A stretch of 54,893 nucleotides of DNA, from positions 1 to 54,893 of the IMG/VR virus record IMGVR_UViG_3300048835_001014. One strand, given 5' to 3'. The DNA comes from a virus. Lineage: Duplodnaviria; Caudoviricetes. The position numbers were made by a program, and so were the translations under genes. Numbering within the stretch: position 1 is the stretch's first letter; the number at the start of each line of letters is the position of its first letter. The notes below the pieces were generated by a model. That model was not told the origin of the DNA and did not search any database. It saw nothing but the letters and a program-made list of their open reading frames with translations. Below, piece by piece: positions 45,146 to 53,484 of this stretch.

Positions 45146-47023
45146 ATGGCCAAAAAGGTAACCGCCGGTCAGCCGTTTCGGCCCAGTGCCCGCGAGTGGA
45201 ACACGCTCGTGGACGCAGCGCGCGCGCTGGAGACCGGCGAGTTGGACCAGGCGTTCGACGTCGATCTGCCCGAGTTGTCTCAGACAAAGATCCTGGTCAA
45301 GAACGAGACGGGCTATCCGCTGCCGCTGTTCTCGATCCTCGCGCTGGGCGAACCGTGGAAGACGCCCGACGAAGATCTACCCCAATTCAAGCGACAGATC
45401 GTGTTCCGAGGCGTCACGCCTCAGAAGTACGAATGCCACGAGCCAAAACATCCTTACATCATCCTGCTGGAGCCGCTGCAGCCCAACGGCATCGGCGAAG
45501 CGGTCCTGGCCGGCGTGGCGATCACGAAGGTCAACGTCGTCCGCGAGATTGATCCGTTCGCCGAGGTCGTCGAAGGGAACACGACGTCGCTACGAAGCGC
45601 TCCTCATGGCCGCACTCGAATTCTCTGGAAACCGCCCGGCACCGGCATGAAGTGGTGCGTGGTGCGGATCAGCGATCGCCCGCGCTTTGCGGTGTTCGAG
45701 CTGCCGACCACCAAGTGGAAGACGGGCGACGCGTCGGCCTATCCGCCCGAACCGGATGGCTGGGCCAAGATGCCCGGCTGCAAACCGGTTTTTTACTTTT
45801 CGGACGGTTACACTTATGTTGCGGACGGCAACGAGGATCCGGAAACGATCTGGCACCAGGTCGGCTACCCGCCCAAAGAACGCGACGACGTCATCGCGCT
45901 GCATACGAGCTCGGGACTCTGGCCGGCGAAGTTTGGCGACAAGGATTGGGCCTGGTGTTTTTGGAACGACCACGAATGCCGCTGGCAGATCCTGGCGTCG
46001 TATGAAGACCATTGGCGGTTTCAATTACTTGAGCCGCTCCCGCGCTGCGGTTCGGCATTGGCCAAGCTCGTCCTGTACGACGGTGTCTACTGTCCGGTCG
46101 ACCTGACGTTCACCGTCGTCGATTCGATCGGCATTCTGTGGCCTGAAGAATCGGACAACGGCAGCAGCGGCGGACCCGTTGTGATCCCGGCGGGCACGTA
46201 CGGCTTCGCCAAGCGGTTCGCCGACAGCGATGCGTGGGAAGTCCTCGCGCTGGGCGAAGGGTGCTGTCCGAAGTCGAGTAGCAGTAGCGGGTCGTCGTCC
46301 TCCCCATCGTCGCCATCATCGTCCCCGTCTTCGTCGCCTTCGTCATCGCCGAGTAGTAAGCCGTCCTCGCCCAGCAGCAAACCGTCGTCTCCTAGTAGCC
46401 CGTCTCCTCCGAGCAGCCGACCGCCGTCGTCCGTTCCGAGCAGCAAACCATCTTCGGCTCCCAGCAGTCAACCGTCGTCCGCTCCCAGCAGCGAACCATC
46501 TGAAATACCACCGTCGCCGTCATCAACACCTTCCGAACAACCGTCGTCGCAACCATCCGAGTCGCCCGCATCGAAGTCGCCCAAGTCAAAGGCCTCCTCG
46601 ATGCAGTCGGAAAAGAGCACGGCCATCGTGCCGGCCAGCTGGTCGCCGACCGGTTATACCGCGCTCTTCATCCACGAAATGCCCGAGGTGCGGTTCGATG
46701 ACGTCGTGACCGCGACCGTGACAGACGACGAAACGCTGATCGCTATTGATCCCCGGTTCTTGGAAGTGTGTGAGCCGGGAACCGTGGAGGTCTGCGGCTG
46801 CGTGCCGGACCTGCCGATTCCGGTAGGTGCCGTTGTCGAAGATGACCAAGTACGTATCCGAACCTCACGCCTCAAGTCTCAGGCATCAAGCCTCCGTGTG
46901 GTGATCCGTCTCACCGGCATCCGCAAGGGATTCGGTTCGCAGCGATTCCCCAACCGCACCGAGGAACAGTTCCTCGCCAACGAAGCATTCATCCGTAGCG
47001 CGTATCCGGGAGGCAACGAATGA
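45146..47023 (+). CDS. Putative tail-tip protein with internal Ser/Pro-rich linker
   Basis: Globular N and C domains separated by about 110 aa of S/P low complexity (about 46274-46609). Confidence 0.7.
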   Translation: MAKKVTAGQPFRPSAREWNTLVDAARALETGELDQAFDVDLPELSQTKILVKNETGYPLPLFSILALGEPWKTPDEDLPQFKRQIVFRGVTPQKYECHEPKHPYIILLEPLQPNGIGEAVLAGVAITKVNVVREIDPFAEVVEGNTTSLRSAPHGRTRILWKPPGTGMKWCVVRISDRPRFAVFELPTTKWKTGDASAYPPEPDGWAKMPGCKPVFYFSDGYTYVADGNEDPETIWHQVGYPPKERDDVIALHTSSGLWPAKFGDKDWAWCFWNDHECRWQILASYEDHWRFQLLEPLPRCGSALAKLVLYDGVYCPVDLTFTVVDSIGILWPEESDNGSSGGPVVIPAGTYGFAKRFADSDAWEVLALGEGCCPKSSSSSGSSSSPSSPSSSPSSSPSSSPSSKPSSPSSKPSSPSSPSPPSSRPPSSVPSSKPSSAPSSQPSSAPSSEPSEIPPSPSSTPSEQPSSQPSESPASKSPKSKASSMQSEKSTAIVPASWSPTGYTALFIHEMPEVRFDDVVTATVTDDETLIAIDPRFLEVCEPGTVEVCGCVPDLPIPVGAVVEDDQVRIRTSRLKSQASSLRVVIRLTGIRKGFGSQRFPNRTEEQFLANEAFIRSAYPGGNE

Positions 47024-49608
47024 GTTCCTCATCGGTCATCTACGGATCGAGCAAATCGTTTTCGAGCGTCAGCGAATCCTCACGATCATCGCCCAGTTCG
47101 TCGAGCGATTCGTCCGAGAGCAGCCGTCCCAGTTCGCTGCTCAGCTCTTCAAAGAGCAGTGCAAGTAGCAGCCGACGCAGTTCCGGTTCGAGCGGGTCGG
47201 CGTCGTCGGATAGGTCTTCGAGCAGCCGACCGAGTTCCAGCGGCTCGTCGGGAAGCTCGTCAAAGAGCTCGCCCAGCAGTTCCGGCCGCAGCAGCTCCGA
47301 CAGTAGCTCTCGCCGCAGTTCTTCCGTTTCGTCCGACAGCAAATCGTCGGAGTCGAAGAGTTCGCTTTCGACGCCGTCCGCGCGTTCTTCTTCGCCATCG
47401 TTGAAGTCGCAAAGCAGCAGCGCGTCGGCTCCATCGTCTCCGTCGTCGGAAAGCCGATCCTCGAAGAGTGACGCGTCGTCGCTTTCCAGCGGTTCGCCGT
47501 CGAAGTCTTCGCTTGCGAGTCTATCTGGATCGTCGATCACCGCATCGAGTGATTCGCAATCTTCTGGAGAGCGATCCTCCGATGCATCGTCGAGCCTGGA
47601 CAGTCCGTCTTCGCAGTCGAGTGGATCGTCCGCGCCGAGCGATGCTTCCAGCAAGGCCTCTGCAGATTCGTCGTCGTTTGTTTCGCCGGTTTCATCCACA
47701 CCGTCCAGTCATCCATCAAGCGATGCCAGCGAAGCGTCGTCGCCCAGCCTCAAGTCATCGCTGGCATCGGACAAGTCGTCGCTTGCGAGCCCAGAATCGC
47801 CGGGTCTGAGCAGTGTAGGCAGCAGTCAGAGTCCTGCCAGCGAAAGCGTTTCCCTGACGAGCTCGATCGAATCGGGCAGCGGCCAAAGCAGCACCGTCCA
47901 ATCTGGCAGTTCCGCAATCTCGCCAAGCGCACCATCACCGTTATCGCCGTCGTCAGTGCCCAGCTCGGCGAGTGCGGACAGTGCCTCGGCAACATCATCG
48001 TTCGGCAAGAGTAGCGGACCGTCTGTGGAATCGAGCCCAACGACAAGCTCGGTATCGCTGCAATCAGGCAGTCCGCCTTCGAGCGAGGCCCGGCCATCCA
48101 GCGGAAGCGTCCAGTCACCTTCGCCACCATCGGCCAGCTCGGGCGGCTCGACCAGTCCAGTGGCTTCAAGCGTGCCGAGCCAAGCCGCTCCGTCCTCAAC
48201 CGGACCAAGCAGCGGTTCGCCTGCATCCAGCAGCGGCGATTCGCCGTCCAGCACAAGTCCAACCTCGGGTTCTCCGCCGTCGCCAGGTTCTGGCGCTTCG
48301 GGAAGCCCGGCGGGCTCGTCGGAAACGAGTCCCTTGTTATCGAGTGCACCAAGCGTCGCGCGGTCCAGCACGAGTCCAACATCTGGTTCGCAAGCATCCG
48401 GTTCACCGACGTCAGAAAGTCCCGGAGAGTCGGCGAGTGCCACTGCAAGTTCGCAACCTTCCGCGCCATCGACCAGCGGCGCTCCGTCCGCGCCGAGCAC
48501 GTCACCGACTTCGACACCCGGAAGCAGCCCGACATCGCCGCCGTCCGGTCAGGCCAGTTCTGGTTCGACACCGCCGGCGTCATCGACCACAGGCCCATCG
48601 AGTGTGACCGTACCGTCGTTCTCACCCATGTCGCTGCCATCAGCCGCGTCGACGAGCCCAACGTCGGACGCGCCGAGCGGCACCAGCACCACTCAAAGCT
48701 CCGTTGACGTTCCGCCGCTGCCCAGCGGATCGCCGCCGCCGTTTCCGAGCTTCTCGCCTGGATCGGTCGGTTCGCCAGGATCCGGTGCTTCCGGCGCGTC
48801 GCCATCGCCGACCAGCCTCGGTCCGTCGCCTGTGCCATCGCCGACGTCCCAGCCCAGCACACCAGCTCCGTCCAGCGGCGCACCGGTCAGTCCGGGTCCG
48901 TCGCCAGGTTCCTTCGTGCCCGGCAGCAGCGGCAACGGATCGTTGGGTCCACCCAGCGAGACGCAGTCGGAGATTTCGCAGACACCTCCTCCCGGTCCCA
49001 GCGGCACCAGCACGCCGCCACCGCCGACAAGCGCTTCACCGGCCAGCACGCCAAGCACTGTCGGACCGTCGAGTGACGCACCGCCGCAGCCCAGTCCCTT
49101 TCCCGGCAGCAGTGATCCAGGGCCCGTCTCGGGAACGCCGAGCGAAACGACGTCCACGACGTCGCAGACGCCTCCACCGCCACCGCCTGCTTCGAGCGGA
49201 ACGCCGCCGCCGCCTCCACCACCGCCAACGAGCGAGTCGCCGCAGCCAAGTGCGCCGAGCACGCCTAGTGTTCCCGGACCGGCGTCGAGCGACGTGCCGC
49301 CACCGCCTCCTCCGGGCAGCAGTAATCCCGGACCTGGTTCGCCTGAGCCACCTCCCACCAGCGAAACGCCGTCGGAAACGCCACCGCCACCGGACCCGAG
49401 TGACACGAGCAATCCGCCGCCACCACCGCCTCCACCTCCGCCCCCACCGGCGAGTATGGAATCGCCCATCCCGTTCTCGGAAGAGCCGTTCTCCGAAACA
49501 CCGCTTTCCGATGAACCCTATTCCGAACCGCCGATTTCCGACCAGCCAATTTCCGAACTGCCGCCTCCGCCCGAACCTCCACTCTCGGAAGAGAGCATCG
49601 TGCCATGA
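47020..49608 (+). CDS. 862-aa Ser/Pro-rich mucin-like protein
   Basis: GGAGG RBS; ATGA overlaps at both ends; mixed Ser codons, so not a DNA tandem repeat. Confidence 0.8.
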   Translation: MSSSSVIYGSSKSFSSVSESSRSSPSSSSDSSESSRPSSLLSSSKSSASSSRRSSGSSGSASSDRSSSSRPSSSGSSGSSSKSSPSSSGRSSSDSSSRRSSSVSSDSKSSESKSSLSTPSARSSSPSLKSQSSSASAPSSPSSESRSSKSDASSLSSGSPSKSSLASLSGSSITASSDSQSSGERSSDASSSLDSPSSQSSGSSAPSDASSKASADSSSFVSPVSSTPSSHPSSDASEASSPSLKSSLASDKSSLASPESPGLSSVGSSQSPASESVSLTSSIESGSGQSSTVQSGSSAISPSAPSPLSPSSVPSSASADSASATSSFGKSSGPSVESSPTTSSVSLQSGSPPSSEARPSSGSVQSPSPPSASSGGSTSPVASSVPSQAAPSSTGPSSGSPASSSGDSPSSTSPTSGSPPSPGSGASGSPAGSSETSPLLSSAPSVARSSTSPTSGSQASGSPTSESPGESASATASSQPSAPSTSGAPSAPSTSPTSTPGSSPTSPPSGQASSGSTPPASSTTGPSSVTVPSFSPMSLPSAASTSPTSDAPSGTSTTQSSVDVPPLPSGSPPPFPSFSPGSVGSPGSGASGASPSPTSLGPSPVPSPTSQPSTPAPSSGAPVSPGPSPGSFVPGSSGNGSLGPPSETQSEISQTPPPGPSGTSTPPPPTSASPASTPSTVGPSSDAPPQPSPFPGSSDPGPVSGTPSETTSTTSQTPPPPPPASSGTPPPPPPPPTSESPQPSAPSTPSVPGPASSDVPPPPPPGSSNPGPGSPEPPPTSETPSETPPPPDPSDTSNPPPPPPPPPPPPASMESPIPFSEEPFSETPLSDEPYSEPPISDQPISELPPPPEPPLSEESIVP

Positions 49609-49913
49609 ACGCAGTCCATGACAACCAGACAGAACGAGTCGGTGCCGGTACGCACCTGCATCGGTTGCTGGCCGCGTGGGGATTCACGCCGACCGAGGGC
49701 TGTTTCTGCGAAGATCGCGTGGCCGAGATGGACCGCCAGGGACCGCAGTGGTGCGGTGAGAACATCGACTTGATTGTCGAGTGGCTCGTCGAGGAGGCTC
49801 GCGACTGCCAGGCGCTCGGCGTGCTCGCTCGTATCGTTCCTGGTCCGACTCGCGTTGCCGTACGCCGGCTCGTGGTTCATGCCATCGTGTTGGCCGAAGG
49901 AGGAAGCGAATGA
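49605..49913 (+). CDS. Small Cys-containing hypothetical protein
   Basis: GCFC...MD..G..WC..NI..IV.WL.EEA; ATGA overlaps at both ends. Confidence 0.75.
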   Translation: MNAVHDNQTERVGAGTHLHRLLAAWGFTPTEGCFCEDRVAEMDRQGPQWCGENIDLIVEWLVEEARDCQALGVLARIVPGPTRVAVRRLVVHAIVLAEGGSE

Positions 49914-50851
49914 AAAAGCTGATCCTCCGCGCCAACTTGTGTCCAGGCGACATCCTCACGATGACCGCCGCCGTGGAATCGCTGCACCTGACGTATCCGG
50001 GCGAGTACCAGACCGACGTTCGCACACCGGCCCTTGAAATCTGGCAGCACAACCCACGGATTTTCAAGGTGGACGACGACGATCCCGAAGCCCAGAAGAT
50101 CGACCTGCACTATCCGTCCATCAACCGCAGCAACCAGGAGCATATTCCGTTTCTCGGCGGCTACACCGACGACCTGGCCCGCAAGATCGAGCGGCCGCTG
50201 ACGCTGAAGGTCAATCGCCCCTGCCTGTACCTGAGCGACGATGAGAAGACGTGGATCGATCAGGTGCGCCACCATTTCACCGATGGCCGGAAGATTCCGT
50301 TCTGGCTCGTGAACGCCGGCATCAAAAGCGACTACACCGCCAAAGCCTGGCCCGTTGAGTACTACCAGGAAATCGTGTCGCGCACGCTTGGCCGCATTCA
50401 GTGGCTGCAGGTCGGCGCGAAGGAGCACGACCATCCTTCGCTCAACGGTGCGATCAACCTGGTCGGCAAGACCGACCATCGACAGTTGATCCGCCTGGCT
50501 TGGCACGCCCAGGGTGGGCTCGGCCCCGTCACGTACCTGCAGCATTTGTGCGCGGCGTGGGAGAAGCCATACATCTGCCTGTTAGGCGGCCGCGAGCCGG
50601 TCACGTGGACGCAGTATCCGCTCCAGCACACTCTGCACACGATCGGCATGTTTTCGTGTTGTCGGACGTCGGCGTGCTGGAAGTCTCGCATCGTTCCCGC
50701 TGGCGACGCCTCGACGAAAGACCAGAGTCTGTGCCAATGGCCGGTGCTTGGTCTCGCGCGGCCGGTCGCCCGCTGCATGGGCGCCATTCGTCCCGATGAA
50801 GTCATCGCTCTGCTTGAAAGGATTCTCGTATGCCAGCAACTCGCACATTGA
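49910..50851 (+). CDS. Glycosyltransferase family 9 (heptosyltransferase-like)
   Basis: PGDILTMTAAV, KAWP, INLVGKT..RQLI; Cys-rich C-terminus. Confidence 0.85.
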   Translation: MKKLILRANLCPGDILTMTAAVESLHLTYPGEYQTDVRTPALEIWQHNPRIFKVDDDDPEAQKIDLHYPSINRSNQEHIPFLGGYTDDLARKIERPLTLKVNRPCLYLSDDEKTWIDQVRHHFTDGRKIPFWLVNAGIKSDYTAKAWPVEYYQEIVSRTLGRIQWLQVGAKEHDHPSLNGAINLVGKTDHRQLIRLAWHAQGGLGPVTYLQHLCAAWEKPYICLLGGREPVTWTQYPLQHTLHTIGMFSCCRTSACWKSRIVPAGDASTKDQSLCQWPVLGLARPVARCMGAIRPDEVIALLERILVCQQLAH

Positions 50852-51618
50852 CCCCGCTGCCTCCCGGCGGCGTCTGCCACGCTCGCTCCGCACGTCGCGA
50901 CCGGCTGCAGCGACTGATGAAGGAACTGAAAGAGCCGGCTCGTATTCACCGCAAGCAGTGGGAATACGCGCTCGTGGTCGAGGCCCTGGAGGCGGCCGAC
51001 CTGGTTGGTCCCGGCAAACGCGGGCTTGGCTTTGGCGTGGGCGTCGAGCCGCTCGTCGCCTACTTCGCGTCGCGCGGCTGCGAGATCGTGGCCACGGACC
51101 TCGAGCACGGCTGGTACGAGAACTCGTTCGCCCGACTCAACGAGCGTCGGATCTGTCCGCCCGATCGTTTCGCCAGGCTAGTGACGACGCGCCACGTCGA
51201 CATGAACTGGATTCCGCAAGACTTGACCGACTTCGACTTCTGTTGGTCGTGCTGCTCGATGGACCATCTCGGCTCGATCCGCCTGGGAAAACGGTTCGTG
51301 TACCACTCGCTGCGCTGCCTGAAGCCCGGTGGCGTGGAGATTCATTCCGGCGAGTTCAATCTGCAGTCGCATTGGCACACGATCGACTACGAAGGCACGG
51401 TGTTGTGGACCCGCTACGACGTCGACGAAACGCTCGCCTACCTGCGCGAGCGCGGGCACGACGCGCCGTTCGATTGGACAACGGGCGACGAGCCAGAAGA
51501 CCAGATCGCCAACCAGGGGGACGGCGTCCACGTCCGCCTGTTTGTCGGAGAACTGTTAGCCACGTCGTTTGGACTTGTGATACGGAAAGGAGAGATGCCG
51601 GATGGAACTGACGAATGA
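50830..51618 (+). CDS. Class I SAM-dependent methyltransferase
   Basis: GLGFGVG, IVATD, FDFCWS..SMDH, LKPGG. Confidence 0.9.
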   Translation: MPATRTLTPLPPGGVCHARSARRDRLQRLMKELKEPARIHRKQWEYALVVEALEAADLVGPGKRGLGFGVGVEPLVAYFASRGCEIVATDLEHGWYENSFARLNERRICPPDRFARLVTTRHVDMNWIPQDLTDFDFCWSCCSMDHLGSIRLGKRFVYHSLRCLKPGGVEIHSGEFNLQSHWHTIDYEGTVLWTRYDVDETLAYLRERGHDAPFDWTTGDEPEDQIANQGDGVHVRLFVGELLATSFGLVIRKGEMPDGTDE

Positions 51619-52768
51619 AACCGCTGCCTATCTTGTGAATGAAGCGATCCCGACGCTGCGCGACGAGCCCGAAGAACCCAAGGAAGGCCGCGGCATCGTG
51701 ATGTCGGCCGGCGGCGTGAAGTACCAGATCAACGCCTGGGTCTGCATCCGCATGCTGCGGCGACTCGGTTGCGAGCTGCCGATTCAGTGTTGGTTCCTGG
51801 GTGATACCGAACGTAATCGAGCCTGGGAACAGGTGGTCGCGCCGTATGGTGTCGAGTGCGTCGACGCTTACGAGGTCCGTATACGTCACCCACACGCGCG
51901 GTTGCACGGCTGGGAATCCAAGCCCTACGTGATCCAGCATTCACCGTTCGCAGAGGTCCTGTTCCTCGACGCCGACAACGTGCCGGTCCGCGACCCGACG
52001 TTCTTGTTCGAGACACCTGAATACCGCGAGACGGGAACGATCTTCTGGCCCGACTTCGGACGGCTGGGACCCGAGCGACTAGCGTGGCGAGTGTTCGGCG
52101 AGATTCCGTTTCGCGATGAACCGGAGGTCGAGAGCGGACAGATCGTGGTCGACAAACGCCGTTGCTGGAAGGCACTGGAGCTCTGTCACTGGTACATGCA
52201 GAACTCCAACAACTTCTATTTCTTCCACGTACATGGCGACAAGGAAGTGTTCCACCTGGCGTGGCGGAAGCTCGAACAACCGTACGCCATGCCGCAGCGT
52301 GGCATCGACGCGTTGCCTGGCGTCATGTGCCAGCACGACTTTGAGGGAAACCGGATCTTCCAGCATCGCAACATGCGGAAATGGTCGTTTTACGAGAACC
52401 CGCAGACGAACGGCTTTCTCTACGAGAACGAATGCCGCGAGTACATCAATGAACTGAAACACGTCTGGTCGCCCGCGGCCGATTTGCCGGCAACGCCCGA
52501 AGACACGTCCGCCATCTCGCGGCTCGACGGGAAGATGTACGAATACCACCGCGTCGGCTACGACCACCGCACGGTTTGCCTACGGCGCGACGGCATCTTC
52601 GGGGAGGGCGCGGCCTCGTGCGAGTACTACTGGACGATCCGCGACGGCGTGATGATCGTCGCCGGCGAAAACGGCAACCGCACGATGGAACTGCGACCCG
52701 CCAAACACGGAATCTGGGAAGGACAATGGCTCAACCACGAGAAGATGCCGGTACTGCTCGTCCCCTGA
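51602..52768 (+). CDS. GT71 (Mnn2/Mnn5-like, Mannosyl_trans3) glycosyltransferase plus C-terminal beta domain
   Basis: GWESK, SPFAEVLFLDADN, GTIFWPD, ESGQIVVDK, GDKEVF..AW. Confidence 0.85.
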   Translation: MELTNETAAYLVNEAIPTLRDEPEEPKEGRGIVMSAGGVKYQINAWVCIRMLRRLGCELPIQCWFLGDTERNRAWEQVVAPYGVECVDAYEVRIRHPHARLHGWESKPYVIQHSPFAEVLFLDADNVPVRDPTFLFETPEYRETGTIFWPDFGRLGPERLAWRVFGEIPFRDEPEVESGQIVVDKRRCWKALELCHWYMQNSNNFYFFHVHGDKEVFHLAWRKLEQPYAMPQRGIDALPGVMCQHDFEGNRIFQHRNMRKWSFYENPQTNGFLYENECREYINELKHVWSPAADLPATPEDTSAISRLDGKMYEYHRVGYDHRTVCLRRDGIFGEGAASCEYYWTIRDGVMIVAGENGNRTMELRPAKHGIWEGQWLNHEKMPVLLVP

Positions 52769-52776
52769 CGCTGCGA

Positions 52777-53484
52777 GTGCTGGGCGATATCGATCACTTT
52801 CGGGGATCGACGCTGGCGTCGATGCTGGATTGCATCGGCGGTAGCGTGAGCCATCACGGCCGCGTTGGCATTGCGTGGCTCCCGCGTGGCGGCAGATCAC
52901 CGGACGAGCCTTGCATCAATCAAGCTGCGGAAGCAGACAAGCACCGTTTGGCTGATCACTTCTTTCGCGTCTTCCGTTATCCGCTCGGCGTCGATCCACG
53001 TCACTACGCCGGCGAGATCGTGCAGAAGTCGCTGCGAAACGGTGCTCACGACGGCCAAGTCGTGCGTGGCCCCATCCCAAACCCCATCCCGGACGGCGTC
53101 TACCAGCACCTGATCGCCAACCAAACCAGCGGCAACCGAATCATCGACCTTCGCGTTCCGTTCATCGGCGGCATGTCACCGGTCTGTTGGATCAAGTGTC
53201 GGCCGATGGAGAAGCGATTTGCCGCCCAATCCGAGTGGGCGCGGCTTGCTACGCCCGCGGAACTGTTCAGCCAAGGCGAGCAACCGTTGCTCACGCGCTT
53301 CTGCGAGGAGGTTCATCTCGACTACGGCGAACTGGACGTACTGCGCGACGTGCAGAGCGACTCCATTTACGTCGTCGACGTCAACCCGACGCCGTACCCG
53401 CTGACCATAGGCATCGAGCCCAGCGAATGGACGAAAGCCATCCGCGTGATGGCGAAGCGATTCAAGGAGGCGTTTCTGTCGTGA
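52777..53484 (+). CDS. ATP-grasp-like protein
   Basis: VYQHLI, DLRV, LDYGELDVLRD, IYVVDVNPTP; start uncertain. Confidence 0.6.
   Translation: MLGDIDHFRGSTLASMLDCIGGSVSHHGRVGIAWLPRGGRSPDEPCINQAAEADKHRLADHFFRVFRYPLGVDPRHYAGEIVQKSLRNGAHDGQVVRGPIPNPIPDGVYQHLIANQTSGNRIIDLRVPFIGGMSPVCWIKCRPMEKRFAAQSEWARLATPAELFSQGEQPLLTRFCEEVHLDYGELDVLRDVQSDSIYVVDVNPTPYPLTIGIEPSEWTKAIRVMAKRFKEAFLS

Noticed and set aside
47040-49469. Asp/Glu/Leu- and Gly-rich minus-strand ORFs
   Set aside because: Antisense shadows of the Ser/Pro gene, which has an RBS and coupled overlaps
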